From Mobula hypostoma (lineage: Eukaryota), in the NCBI RefSeq assembly GCF_963921235.1, contig NC_086109.1, forward strand, positions 28,336,001 through 28,400,000: a stretch of DNA of 64,000 bases. Direction: 5' to 3'. The notes under the pieces were generated by a model. That model did no database searches and was not told where the DNA came from. It worked only from the letters and a program-made list of their open reading frames with translations. The position numbers were made by a program, and so were the translations under genes. This document shows, piece after piece, positions 36,691 through 50,045 of the stretch (the first letter of the stretch is position 1; each line of letters opens with the position of its first letter).

Positions 36691-37699
36691 TGCATAGAAG
36701 TAGGTAAAAACATGTGTATTAACAGTACCACAGAAATAAAGCTTTACACTGTTATATCATAGTCATGTGCAACTCCGAAAAGCTCACCTTCAAAACTGAA
36801 GAAATGTTTGCAAATATTTGCAGTAAACCATTACGGTAAGAGATTAAGGAAATTATATCCATAAGGTAAACCAGATATGTAAGCATAAGGTAATGAATTT
36901 GTAGCTGGGAAACTAGAGGCTCTTATTAACAAAGTTAAATAGGGATTTGGCCAAAGAGCAGCAGCATCTGAAAAATAATAATTCAAGCCACAATAGTAGT
37001 TAAATGAGAATAAAACCTTCAAGGAAAAGGTCTGCTTCGAATAGATCGAGCAGTTGACTGGAACCACACAATCTCAAGTTAAACTGGAAGCCCATGGGCC
37101 CAGATGCATTGGAGACTTTTAACAGCAGAGGCATCTAGAAGTGAACTGACAATTTAGTAACTGGTTGAGATGACATATAAACATCCAGATTTTCTTCAAA
37201 TGTTCTTTATATTTAAAAAAATGTTCTTCAATGTTCCAAGGGGGAGCTTCCCTGGATTCCAACAATGTGATCACTGTAAAGCCCACATGAATGGAACACA
37301 AGCTGCTGGAATGTTGTTTTTGCCTTTCAGAAGGACCTCACCTGCATTTGTGAGATAAACATGATCTAAAGTACTTCCAATGCACACCAGCAATCACTTT
37401 ATAAGCTACACACATTAACAATATTTAAGATCTTAGAGGACTCAAGGAATAGTGAAACATAAGAAGACAGAAAAGCAAAAGTTTAACAAATTCATCAAAT
37501 CTACTTCGCTAAGTTTTTTTAGAATTCTAATTCAAACAAAGTGAACATTGTTAGACATATATTAAACTATGTCTCTGGTGATATGTCAACCTATTAGTTG
37601 GGTTTTGTGTAAGGCACTGCCTTCTAGTCACAGCAGAGATTGCTTGAGGTACACTCCAATCCCAATGTTCTTCTTACGTCCCCATGAACTACCCACCCA

Positions 37700-37865
37700 T
37701 TAACTCACAAACCCGATCTGATTCTTCCCCCTACCCACCTACACTAGGGACAACTTAAGGCCAATTAATCTTTCAACCAGCACAACTTTGGTCTGGAAGT
37801 CAGAACACAAAGAAAAACTCATATAGTCACAAGGAAAACATGTGCACTCTGTACAAACAGCACCT
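37700..37865 (-). mobile_element. Decayed V-SINE-like fragment
   Basis: cccacctacactagggacaacttaaggccaattaatc...cagaacacaaagaaaaactcatatagtcacaagga resembles a reverse-oriented V core. Confidence 0.4.
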
Positions 37866-37899
37866 TTTCTTCTTATTTGGTTGATATTTTGGATGCAAA

Positions 37900-39645
37900 C
37901 TATCATCTTTAAATTCCTAGGTGCTACTATTTCGGAGGACCTGTCCTGGCCCCAACATCTAAATGCAATTGCAAAGAAAGCACAGCAGCACCTCTACTTC
38001 CTTAGGAGTATGCAGAGATCTGGCATGTCATCTAAAACTTTGACAAACTTCTATAGATATGTAGTGGAGAGTGTATTGACTGGCTACATTTCAGCCTGGT
38101 ATGGAAATACCAATGCCCTTGAATGGAAAATCTTACAAATTAGTTAACTCTTCCCAGTACAACACAAGCAATGTTCCCTCTAATTTTTGGTAGTCAGTGT
38201 GTGCAAAGATCTTATGTTGTGCAATTTTTTTTTCCTCTGACAAAAGTATGTGCGCACTGAATGCACACATGGCATAGTTTATGTAGGTTTACAAAATATT
38301 TGACATAAAACTGCACAGAATAACAACAAGATAACATACATATTTAAGTCACTCAGTTATTTTTTCTCTCTCCTGTCTTTGGCATTTGCCCATTCTTTGT
38401 AAACTCTATCTAGACTAATAGAACTTCCATCCAATTGATAGCTTTTGATTCTCATTAACGTATCCAAATGAAATTCACCTAAACGGTTTCTCAGCTTGTT
38501 GTTGGGTTGATTCTTTAGGCTAAAACCTCGCTCACAGTCTGCACTAGACACAAGAAAGGTTCCCCCAATGTCCATCAACTGTGCAAGGTTGCAAAACTGT
38601 TTATTTTGAAGTACAAATGCCACCATTTGATCAAAGTTTGAAATCAGTTTGGATTTAATTTTTTCTTGCACGGAAAATTTGAAATCATTAAACTGTCTAA
38701 CTATTACAGTATTTTCAGCTAGAAAATCATGATATTTTAGACATAAGGCATTAACTTGTTCATCGCCAAATGTGAAGTCTCAATCTGCAATTGAGGAGAA
38801 ATCAAAAACTGACCATTCTTGTACCTCATCTTCAGGAAACCTTTCTTCTAAATGAACACAAAGACTATTTATAAAAGTCAACAGTGAACTTGTATCTACT
38901 GTGATGTTTTCTTCACGTTGTTGGCTTAGCAAAACTTTAACTTTATGATACGAATACTGTCCGCCAAAGATTGCTGCCGACGTGATGCAGCTGTACAAAC
39001 TGGAACAGGAAAGGTGAGGTGACGTAAGTTAATGACGCGCATTGTGGTATTTGAAAAAATGACTAACTAGTCAACAGAAACATTTAGCTAAAAGATTATT
39101 TTCAATAAGTACAATTATTAATTACTACATTATTTTAGGTAACTAACCTTTTGTATGCACATTAATTTCCTTTGTGCGCTGGTTGAAAAACGTGTGCACG
39201 CGCACACGTGCACATCTTAGCGGGAACATACAAACGTAGATCACAAGTAAAGCTCTTCCAACCACTGAGCATATCTACATGGAACGCTGTCGTAGGAAAG
39301 CAGCATCCTTCATCAGAGATCCTTACTACTCTGGCCATACTCCTTTCTCACTGCTGCCATCAGGTAGAAGGTAGAAGAGCCTCAGGACTCACACTACCAG
39401 GTTCAGGAACAGTTACTACCTCACAACCATCAGGCTCTTGAACTAAAGGGAATAACTACACGCACTTGCCCATCCATTGAGATGTTCCCACAACCAATAA
39501 TCTCACCTTAAGGTCACTTCATCTTGTTACTCATGTTCTCAATATTTATTGCTATTTATTTATATTTTCATTTGCACAGTTTGTTGTCTTCTGGTTTGTA
39601 TGTGGTGGCATATATGTACTCTGATAATAAACTTGCCTTTGAACT
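37900..39645 (+). mobile_element. Rex1/Babar-type 3' fragment split by a hAT element
   Basis: FKFLGATISEDLSW..AKKAQQHLYFLR (ORF 37842..38147) resumes at 39240 with RKAASFIRDPY..LPSGRR..RFRNSYY. Confidence 0.8.
38169..39229 (-). mobile_element. Internally deleted hAT DNA transposon retaining the transposase C-terminus (ZNF862-like hAT dimerisation domain)
   Basis: TIRs caatgttccctctaa (38169-38183) and ttagcgggaacat (39217-39229); ORFs with LEERFP and LVSSADCERGFSLKN..NKLRNRL; TSD-like aacacaag (38161-38168) / atcacaag (39240-39247). Confidence 0.85.
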
Positions 39646-41204
39646 TTCTTTATCCCTCAAAAAACTTGGAACCCATCATGTAGAATTGGCAATGACATAT
39701 CAATTAACGATCTGCACTGTGACATTATATCTTGCACACAGCCTTGATGGTCAGAATCATGGGATGTTCATCAGTTTTTGTCTTTTCAGCATATTGAGCC
39801 TTTTTTGAGCAAATTAAGTCTGAGCTACATACTGCAATCAATGGGTTTTTCAATCAGCTTGTGCCTTGGAGTTGCTTGGGGCCATGCACTGCATGGGAGT
39901 TGATCAGATTCATGATTGACTTGAGGAGTGTCCAGATGCGCAGGTGAGAACCATGCTCACTAACACACCCACACTTGTGCTTCCCACCGCTAACTTCCAT
40001 GACAGCCCTCATTGTAGGTATTCTATGACTGTCATGAGGACGACAAGATAATGATGCAGCAATTTAAAGCAGAATTTGCATTAGATTTACTATCACTGTC
40101 TTAAATGAGATTTTTCCTAAGGATCTGTGTGGGCATTAACGCTATATGCAGTCAGTTTATGTAACAAAATAAAGTGATATGCAAATTCTAGACAAATACA
40201 CTATTTTCTTTTTAAGTTTGCATTCTGGGTACATAGCTAATTACAAGTTCACAATGTTTCACAGATGTATAATTGAGTTGACATTAGGAGCAAAGAGTCT
40301 TATATGAAGTCAAATCATTTTAAAAGGGTTATCAACCTCCTCATTCTCTGCTTTATAGTTACTATAATGTACTTTTAAATCTTACTTCAATACTTAGAAG
40401 CAAATGTGCAGGCATACACCAGGAACCTCAAACCTATTGCTCAGTAATTTTAATTGCATGTCCCCAGAATTTTAAAGCAACAATTATATTTTCATTATTG
40501 ATAGACAGCTGCTGTTAGCAGGGGCAACATGTATGCCTTTTCATTTTTACCATATAAGACAGGTTGAGGGTTGCTGGACCAAAGCCAAAAACATACTGCT
40601 GAGTGCCTCTGGGTATACTGTATAACAATTTCAATTGATAGAAAAGAATGCAGAATTTTGCTGTATTGCCATGTGCAGACCAGATATCTTGTATAGTTTT
40701 TGTGTGAATGCATTCTCATTAGAACTATAATTGAAAGTAAGTTATTGTTCCCAGAACATTAAGGGGAACAGATAGTCAGGTTTATTATGCTTTTTAACAC
40801 AGCTCCCAGTGGAATATTTAACTCTGTGTATACTAGATGTCCAGCTATCAAAGAATCATTGTTTTATTGTAATGTTTATGAAAACACTCTTCTAATTGAT
40901 CAAACAGTGTCCGTGGAGCAAGAAAACAGTCAATAAGCTTTTGCCACAAGTGTCTTTAGGTCTAGAAATTCAAAGGGGGAGTTTTTCCTTCAGTGCATCT
41001 CATGGAAGAATTGAAGTCCTTAAATCATGTCAATTATACTCTTACTCATTTTGGTGCACAATAACTGCAGGGAATTTTGAAAACCTCATGAACCAGTTGA
41101 AATAAACCCAGGCTAAATGATACCATGTATGTGTGCCTTCAACGGGAGGTGATTCATCATTCAGGAACACTACTTAGAGAAATGAAAAGGCAGTTCCAGG
41201 ATGG

Positions 41205-41400
41205 AGGAGACACAAGAGACTGCAGATGGTGGAAACAGGAGCAAGAAATAAACTATGGAGGAACTCAGCTAGTCAGACTGAGTACCTCCAACATTTTGTA
41301 TATGTTGATCTGGATTTCCAACATCTGCAGAATATATTGTATGCAGTCAAGTAGTACTTGTGGAGGGAAATTGACAGTCAATGTTTTGGAACTGTTTAGA
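41205..41400. mobile_element. Old PLE-terminus fragments in both orientations
   Basis: gagacacaagagactgcagatggtggaaac...ggaactcagc and opposite-strand tggatttccaacatctgcag. Confidence 0.5.
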
Positions 41401-41979
41401 TGACGTGTCTCGACCATTTGATGGAAAGATCCAGCTACATTCAAGGACAGACGACCGTTATATTTGAGCACAAATTTGTTTGAGCCAGAACCTACCTCAT
41501 CCACAGAGTGATTACATGAGTCCTCACAGCTTCTTGAGAAATGTCTTCTTTCATTGCCACCTCTCAAGTTCCTTTTCCCTCTTCTACCTATTGTTGCAGT
41601 GCAACGAGTGAGATCTGCCTCTCCAATATTGCAAAGCTGTAGAAGATTCATTAGAGAATGACAAAGCGAAGACCTGTTCTGGGGCCCTTTGCAGGGCACT
41701 CTCTGTTAGCATTAAGAAAAGGAATCAGATTGTGAGGACCTCAATGGCAGTGTTGTGTAAACTCCTTGTGCCTGTGGTTTTAACCTACTCTCTCCAACAT
41801 GAATGTGGTCATTGACTCAAGGACAAACAGAACTTTCTAATCTAAATACAATAATCAGAAGTAATTTGATGCAGTATAGAGATTGGGTAAACAAAACCGG
41901 AAGGGATAGCTCCAGAGGATGATTTCATTCAGTATACTTAGAATGTTTTTTTCAGACAGAATGGTTAAGTATGTTGCAA

Positions 41980-42610
41980 AATACAAACCACTAGAAGTAC
42001 TCAATTAGTCAAGCAGCTGGGTGGATGGGAGAAAGGGTGACAGGAATTATTGATGTTTTGTGTTGAAAGCCTGTATTAGTATTGAGAGTGGAGAGAGAAG
42101 ATGCCCAGAAGATAGAGGAAGGGAATGGGGAGTGGAAAGACTGGGGCCAAGGAGAGTGTATGATAAAGGGCAGATGGAATTGAATGGGATAAGGGGAAGG
42201 GTGGTGTTGGAAGGTAGAGGCAGATGAATGATATATAGGTGGGAGCAGTCTTGGAAAGAAAGGGCAAATAAAGACATGGTCCAGGAAAGGATGAAGGTGG
42301 AGACAGCTGTTGGAGAATTAAAAGCAGGAATGATAAAAGGCGACTAGTATCTTGATAAGTAAGGAAAATGTAATGGGAAACATTAGAGAGCTGAAGTGAA
42401 GATGGAACCAGATGGGATTTAGGGGGAAAAGAGAATTGTTGGCTGTAGGTGGATGGGGATTGAAGGGGAGTATGGGAAAGTGAATAAAGATGAGAGGACT
42501 GGGGATAGAATGGAAGGGGAAGGGAGGTGAGAGGGAGAGAGTTCCAAATGGGAATGGGAAGAGGAGTTTTGCTCCAGATTCTAGGATTTACAGTCTCTTA
42601 TGTCTCCAGT
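41980..42610 (-). mobile_element. Old PLE 3' region (purine-rich on + strand) with an inverted terminal piece
   Basis: Terminus-like start gaagtactcaattagtcaagcagc; GA-rich body like 25950-26230; end ttgctccagattctaggatttacagtctcttatgtctcc. Confidence 0.45.
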
Positions 42611-42811
42611 ATAGGTGTGGTATTCTGTAATGAGCTGGAATTAATTAATAATATCATTGTAATGATACCTTAGGAAAGATACATCATAGCATGCTAAATT
42701 TCAAATACAGATTTAGAGTAAGAATCTTCAGTCTGAAGCTAATGTGATAAATTGAAGTAAGAATAATTACATTGATGTAGTGCAGTATTAGTGAAAGTGA
42801 CTGGGAAAATT

Positions 42812-44535
42812 GAAAGTTCAAAGTTCAAACTAAACTTATTGTCAAAGATATATATGCCACCATATACAACTCTCGGATTTATTTTCTTGTTGGCATACTC
42901 AACAAACTAGTAGAGTGGATAGGGGAGAACCAGTGGATGTGGTATATTTGGATTTTCAAAAGGCTTTTGACAAGGTCCCACACAGGAGATTAGTGTACAC
43001 GGTATTGGGGGTAAGGTATTGGTGTGGGTGGAGAATTGGTTAGCAGATAGGAAGCAAAGAGTGGGAATAAACGGGACCTTTTCAGAATGGCAGGCGGTGA
43101 CTAGTGGGGTACCGCAAGGCTCAGTGCTGGGACCCCAGTTGTTTACAATATATATTAATGACTTGGATGAGGGAATTAAATGCAGCATCTCCAAGTTTGC
43201 AGATGACACGAAGCTGGGTGGCAGTGTTAGCAGTGAGGAGGATGCTGAGAGGATGCAGGGTGACTTGGATAGGTTGGGTGAGTGGGCAAATTCATGGCAG
43301 ATGCAATTTAATGTGGATAAATGTGAAGTTATCCACTTTGGTGGCAAAAATAGGAAAACAGATTATTATCTGAATGGTGGCCGATTAGGAAAAGGGGAGG
43401 TGCAACGAGACCTGGGTGTCATTATACACCAGTCATTGAAAGTGGGCATGCAGGTACAGCAGGCGGTGAAAAAGGCGAATGGTATGCTGGCATTTATAGC
43501 GAGAGGATTCGAGTACAGGAGCAGGGACGTACTACTGCAGTTGTACAAGGCCTTGGTGAGACCACACCTGGAGTATTGTGTGCAGTTTTGGTCCCCTAAT
43601 CTGAGGAAAGACATCTTTGCCATAGAGGGAGTACAAAGACGGTTCACCAGATTGATTCCTGGGATGGCGGGACTTTCATATGAAGAAAGACTGGATGAAT
43701 TGGGCTTGTACTCGTTGGAATTTAGAAGATTGAGGGGGGATCTGATTGAAACGTATAAGATCCTAAAGGGATTGGACAGGCTAGATGCAGGAAGATTGTT
43801 CCCGATGTTGGGGAAGTCCAGAACGAGGGGTCACAGTTTGAGGATAGAGGGGAAGCCTTTTAGGACCGAGATTAGGAAAAACTTCTTCACACAGAGAGTG
43901 GTGAATCTGTGGAATTCTCTGCCACAGGAAACAGTTGAGGCCAGTTCATTGGCTATATTTAAGAGGGAGTTAGATATGGCCCTTGTGGCTATGGGGGTCA
44001 GGGGGTATGGAGGGAAGGCTGGGGCGGGGTTCTGAGTTGGATGATCAGCCATGATCATAATAAATGGCTGTGCAGGCTCGAAGGGCCGAATGGCCTACTC
44101 CTGCACCTATTTTCTATGTTTCTATGTTTCTAAATTAATAGATAAATAACTATAACAGAATCAGTGAAAGACAGCACCAACTTTGGCATTCAACCAGCGT
44201 GCAAAATACCACAAACTCTGCAAATAGTAAAAAAAAGAAATAATATAAATAAATACATAAATAATTAATCAATAAATACCAAGAACATGCAATGAAGAAT
44301 CTTTGAAAGTCAGTCCATTGGTTGTGTGAACATTTCAATGCTGAAGCAAGTGAAGTTGAGTGAAGTTAGCCCCTTTGGTTTTTAAGCATGATGGTTGAGG
44401 GGTAATAATTGTTCCTGAACCTGGTGGTGGTGAGTCCCAAGGCTCCTATACCTTCTTCCTGATGGCAGCAGTGAGAAGGGAGCATGACCTGGGTAAAGGG
44501 GGTCCCTGATAATGAATGCTGCTTTCCTGTGACAT
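42812..44535 (-). mobile_element. Rex1/Babar-type 3' end split by the CR1 at 42908-44131
   Basis: (gttcaaa)n tail at 42812-42830; ORF 44382..44603 RKAAFIIRDPLYPGHAPFSLLPSGRRYRSL. Confidence 0.75.
42908..44131 (+). mobile_element. Young 5'-truncated CR1 LINE with an uninterrupted 338-codon RT C-terminal frame
   Basis: ORF 43019..44035 with VPQGSVLGP, KFADDTK, LVRPHLEYCVQFWSP; (TTTCTATG)n tail at 44110-44131. Confidence 0.93.
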
Positions 44536-45189
44536 AAAGAAGGTTTAAGATGGAGGAGCAGCAGTGGTGGACACTGCTGGGTCTTGAAGCTTTTGTGATC
44601 CAATGGTTCTTTGGAAGTTAAGAATGTGGCATAAAACTTACTGCTTACAATCGTTTATTAAGTGTTACAAGTACGAGGAACAGAAAAGGAGAGTAGTAAG
44701 AAGCATGCTAAGAAGTAAAGAGAAAAGAGCAAACAGGAGGGTAGCCAGGGAAAAGAGAAAGACAAAGCTATCACTACAGATAACTGAAGATTCCATTGAA
44801 ATTTGTGCAGATAACACTTAAGCAATCAAATAACCAGATTCAAGTAATGTGATACCCAACACTGAATCAAAGCAAAATACAGAGACAACTGTAACCACTG
44901 AAAAACTCACTGAACAATTCCAGGTATACTGTTTAGATGATTATATAATAATGCAAACAAACTTGAGAAAGTTAAACTACAAGAAAAAAATAACAATTCT
45001 ACAGCCCAGTCCAACAATAGATAGGGGTGCCTTACAAAATTCTCATCAACGATATTTTCCAGTGAGAAAGAAGAAATTAGTGGGAAGGATCCACACTCTA
45101 TAGTGAATTAAGGAGCATAAGGTTGTTGTCAGAAGGAAGGAAACAGCAATACTTTTGCAAAGAATTATGGCAGCCGGAGCATTAGAGAA

Positions 45190-45850
45190 TGTTAGGAACT
45201 CAGTAAAAGATGACAAAAGATTAGAACAGAGAGGAAGAAAATACAATATGAAAATAAACTAGCATATAAATATAAAACTAGATAGTAAGGGCTTCTACAG
45301 ATAGAAGGAGAACACCTGAATATAAGTATTGGCTGCTTTGAAACAAGACTAGAAAATTGATCATGAGAATAAGGTATTGGCAGAAATTCTAAATAACTAT
45401 TTTGAGTCAGTCTTCATGATAAAAGGCATTAAAATCATTCCAATAATAAGAGACAATTAAGAGATTATAGGAAGGAAGGAACTTAAAACCAGATGAAAAG
45501 GACTAATAAAGTCAATTAAAATGACTAAAGACTGACAGATCCCCGGGATTGGATGCCTGTATCCTTTGGTTTTAAAGGAAGTGGTTGCCTATATAATGGA
45601 TATATTGGTTGCAACCCACCAAAATTTCCTGAATTCTAGAGAGGCCCCTGAGGATTGGAAAACCACAAATATAACACAGCTAAAAAGAGTACATATGAAA
45701 GCAGGAAAATATAGGCCAATTGGTCTCAGGTTGCCTTTGAAAAAAAAATATGAGCAATGCATTGCAGATTGAATATAATGTGGGAAAATGTGGGATTGTT
45801 CACTTGCAAGAAAGAATGAAAAATAAATTCTCCTTTTAGCAAACTGAGAG
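45190..45850 (+). mobile_element. Decayed CR1 ORF2 middle fragment
   Basis: AEILNNYFESVF, PEDWKTTNIT, GKYRPIGL motifs. Confidence 0.65.
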
Positions 45851-45859
45851 TACAATGGA

Positions 45860-45990
45860 GACACAAGTGGCTGCAAATGCTGGAACCTGGAGCAACAAGC
45901 AATCTGTCGAGGAGCTCAATGGGTTGGACAGCATCTGTGGGAAGAAAGGAAATGTTGATATTTGGGGTCTGCATCAGGCCTGTCAAAGGC
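45860..45990 (-). mobile_element. Old PLE terminus fragment
   Basis: gagacacaagtggctgcaaatgctggaacc...cagcatctgtgg...ctgcatcagg. Confidence 0.5.
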
Positions 45991-46739
45991 TCCTCAATGT
46001 ATGCTGACTTCAAAGAAGTTTCAACATCTCTCCATTGTTGATGAAGGGTTAATAAAGGTGTTCTGAACACTATGTACTGTACTGACCTTGCCTCCATTTT
46101 GAACAATCATGAGGTCATACTGCATCTTGCAAAATGGTACAATTTTTCACAGAAGTTTCTGAGCAGTTTCTGTTATCCACCTGTTAATGTTGCAGTAACA
46201 GAGCTCAGAGTTTCAGCAGCCTAGTGTCAGGTGATGTGCATGACAAGGCCTGCCTATTGAAATCGATTGAAATTGATTGAATGTTAGTGAAACATATAAC
46301 AGACTCAATGCAGAGAGAATTTTCCATAGACGGCCATATTTGGATGGTACACAGCCCCTCTCAACTGATGGGGTCAAAAGCTTTTGTAAGGTCAAAAAGG
46401 CCTAAGGTCAAAAAACATAGTTGCAATTCTCCTGGAGTTGGGACTTGATTTACTGTAGATCATGATCACAGTGTGTTCAGATAGAAGAAATCCGCATTGT
46501 GATTCAGCTCTCCACCTGCTGAACAAAGACAGTCGACAAGCTCCCTGACAGTGATTTTCCCTGTGTCAGACAGACAGACCGTAACTGACAAAAAGAAGAT
46601 GTAGCTGGGGTTAAGAAGATGGTAAAGGCATTGCAAAATAACAAAATGTGTACCTCAAAATGTGTAAGTGGGATGTGGCTAATATTTGAAGTTACCAGGA
46701 AGGTGATGTAAAAAATGTGTGAATACATTTCAGAGACAG

Positions 46740-48040
46740 TCATCACAATTCCCTGACCTTTCCCATAACCTTTGACCGAGATAGGAGCAGACGGTATGGG
46801 ATAGTATTTAATTTGGGGATGGCAAATTATGATGCTGTCAGGCAGGAAGTTGGGAGCATCAATTCAGGGAAATGTACAACAGAAATGTGGAGAGTGTACT
46901 GTGAGCATTTGCATGGGGTTTTGGATAGGTTTGTTCCATTGATGCAGGGAAAGGATGGTAGGGTGAAGGAACAATCGTTGACAAGAGAAATAGAACATCT
47001 AGTCAAGTGGAAGAAAGAAGCAAGGATCAGATAGGGCTCTTAAGAATTATAAGGTAGCCAAGAAGTAACTTATGTATTCTGTTCGGTGTTTTGTAATTTT
47101 TATAATTGACAGATGAGAAAGTGGAAGGGTGGGTTAGTAAGTTTGCAGATGACACAAAGGTTGGCGGTTTTGTGGATAGTATAAGTTGTCATAGATTACA
47201 ATGGAAATTTTGATAAGATGCAAAGCTGGGTTGAGAAATGACAGTTGGAGTTCAGTCCAGAGAAGTTTGAAATGATACACTTTGGAAGATCGAACTTGAA
47301 GGTGGAGTACCAAGTTAATGATAGGATTGTTAGCAGTGTTGAGGAACAGAATGATCTTGGGTTCCAAGCCCGTAGTTCCCTCAATGTTGCCACACAAGTC
47401 AATAGGGTGGTCAAGAAGGCATATGACATATGGATCTTCATTAGTCAGGAGATCGAGTTCAAGAAGTTTGAGGTAATATTGCAGTTCTATAAAACGCTGT
47501 TTGGACCACACTTGGAGTGTTGTGTTCAGATCTAGTTTTCTCATTGTAGGAGGGTGTGGAAGCTTTAGTGAAGATGCGGAGGATATTTGGTAGGATGTTG
47601 ACTAGATGAGAGAATGTGCCTTATGAGGAAATGTTGAGTGAACGAGAGATTTTTCTCTTTTGAGCGAAGGAGGATGAGAGGAACCTTGACTGACATATAT
47701 AAGGTTAAAAGAGGCATATAAAGAGTGGACAGGCACTGCTCTTTTCCCTAGGCTGCAATGACTAATACTAGAGGGCATAATCGTAATGTGATTGGAGAAA
47801 AATATACAGAGAACATTAGAGGAAGGATTTTTACAGAGAATGGTAGGTGAGTGGAATGCATTGCCACGCGGTAGTGGTAGAGGCAGATTCACTAAAGTCA
47901 TTTGCGGGTCTCTGATAGACATAAGAAAGAAAAATAGAAGGCTATGTGGGAGGGAAAAGTGAAATTGATCTTAGAAAAGGTTAAAAAATTAGCAGAACAT
48001 TGTAGATCAAAAGGCACATACAGTCCTGTTCTGTTCCATG
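46740..48040 (+). mobile_element. Decayed CR1 with large internal deletion
   Basis: NLGMANYDAVRQE, VSKFADDTKVGG, GPHLECCVQ; 3' end cctgttctgttccatgtt. Confidence 0.75.
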
Positions 48041-49202
48041 TTTTAATACCAGAAATATGAAATATAAAGACAGAAATTACTGAATTCAAACTTGAACACT
48101 CAACCCTAAAACACCAGTCAGAAATGAACTCCGTCAATTTGAAATTTAATTCAATCACTTAAAGTGGGACCTTACTGCTTCTGGACTGTCTACTTCCAAC
48201 CAAATCCAAGGGTAGGCTCAAGTCAAAGCTTAGATGCATTAACTCTTCACAGATTTGATTTCTGCTGGTTCAGCAAGCTTAAACCCAGCATTTCATTTAT
48301 GAATTGGTTAAAAAGTTGGTAAAATTCTCCAAAATAATGGTAGACAGCGCTCAAAGAAATAACATACAGACGTGCAATTTTAAAAGATACAATTTGAAAC
48401 CTCTGCAGGTTTTTCAAAACTGGCACCACTGAGATCTGAGATAAGCTTCAGTAAGCTTTATCTATCTTGGTTATATAAGATGCCTTGAAGAAGCAGTTGA
48501 GAGTTATAGCTGAACTGTACAAATTGTTGGAGCAAAATATATCAAACTAACCATCATCTTTTTTTGGTGTTGCAAGATGAGTCATGCCAAAAAAAGTTAA
48601 CATTCTCAGCTTGTCTACATGCCAAAGTAGTTTTTTTTTACAATAACTCCAGTTACTTAGAATTTGCCATACAATGTTAGATCTTAAAAAGATCAATCCA
48701 TCATGTTGTAATATTAAAGGAATGCAGAAGGCTCGTTGACATCACACTGAGAAATTTGCATCACATCGACACATGCCCTTCACACTAAAACATAACTTCT
48801 TGGATTTCAAAAGCCATTCTATGTTTCCAATGTTATTATCTCCCAGATAAGTAATGGTGATATTCAAGTGGAATAATATGGCAGTGCTATTAAGATGTCA
48901 TTTATATGCATAATGGAAAATGATACTGAGAAAAAAAGAATATATTTTTTATTATTAACCTTTGGACTTTCCCAAAAAGTGAGTCAGATTACATCTACAA
49001 ACCTTTGAGAAAGGGTTTTCCTTAAGTTTGTAGTAAATGGTATATCCATTTATATATTAGTACATTTTTCATGTATGCATTCACAGAAGGCTAATCAGGA
49101 ATTTGTTTTTTTTTGGTTGTCAGCTACAATGCTAGATTATAACTTAATTCATTAGGTTTGGACTGGACTGTCCTCCTCTCAAGCTGATTGTCCCAAAACA
49201 AG

Positions 49203-50045
49203 GAGATACAAGAGGCTGGAGATGCTGGAATATAAAAAAAACATATTTTTCTGCTGGAAAAACTCAGCAGGATTCCTTGGGCAGAAAGGAATTGTTGACG
49301 TTTTGGGTCAAATCCATATAGCAGGAGTGAGAGTAGAAAGGTGAGAGAGCCAGAATAAAGAGGGGAAGGGGAGTGGTGAGAAAGGATTCCAAAGTGATTG
49401 ACAGACTGAGGTTCAGGGATTCTGACAAAGGGTCTTGGCCCGAAATGTCCAATGTTTATTCCCCTCCATAGATGCTGCCTGACCTGCTGAGTTCATCCGG
49501 CATTTTGTGTGCGTTGCTTTGGATTTCAAGAATCTGTAAAAGCTCTTGTGTTTCGTTTGGAACATTCATATGTTGTGTTTCCTTATATAGTTTCAATGGG
49601 ATGGAGAATGCGCCACATCCCCATAATTGGTTTCACTAACCACAAATTGAAGTTAAATTGTGCATAATTTTTATTTCTAGAAGACTGGTTCGCATTTTAG
49701 TTCATCTATAATTATGCTATCGATAATTACCCCAAAGCGATCCCTAACATCTTCCTTTCTTCTGTGGTTGATGGTGCCTGATCTTGCACCTCCTTTGTAT
49801 TCTCATACTTCTGCTCTCACCCTGCCTGCTTCCAAACAGACAGAGATAGAATTTCCCTTGACCTTACCTTTCCTCCTTTGAGTGTCTGCATGCAGTATAT
49901 CCCCCTTCTCCTCTTTATACTGGCCTTCTCACCTCTACAGTCTCAGTGCTGACACAGGATTTTGGCCCAAAATGTCAACAAATCCTATCATCCCCCCCCA
50001 GATGCTGCTTGACCAGCTGAATTCTTCTAAGCAGGTTGTTAGCTG
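49203..50045. mobile_element. Two old PLE-terminus elements, the first (49203-49552) palindromic
   Basis: Decayed hammerhead-like ctgacaaagggtcttggcccgaaatgtc at 49422-49449 and cagtgctgacacaggattttggcccaaaatgtc at ~49944. Confidence 0.6.

Noticed and set aside
41265..41699. 144-aa minus-strand ORF; likewise ORFs 1039..1350, 3144..3788, 15329..15724, 18021..18365, 56867..57182
   Set aside because: No domain motifs; most overlap non-coding repeats; lengths are compatible with chance.
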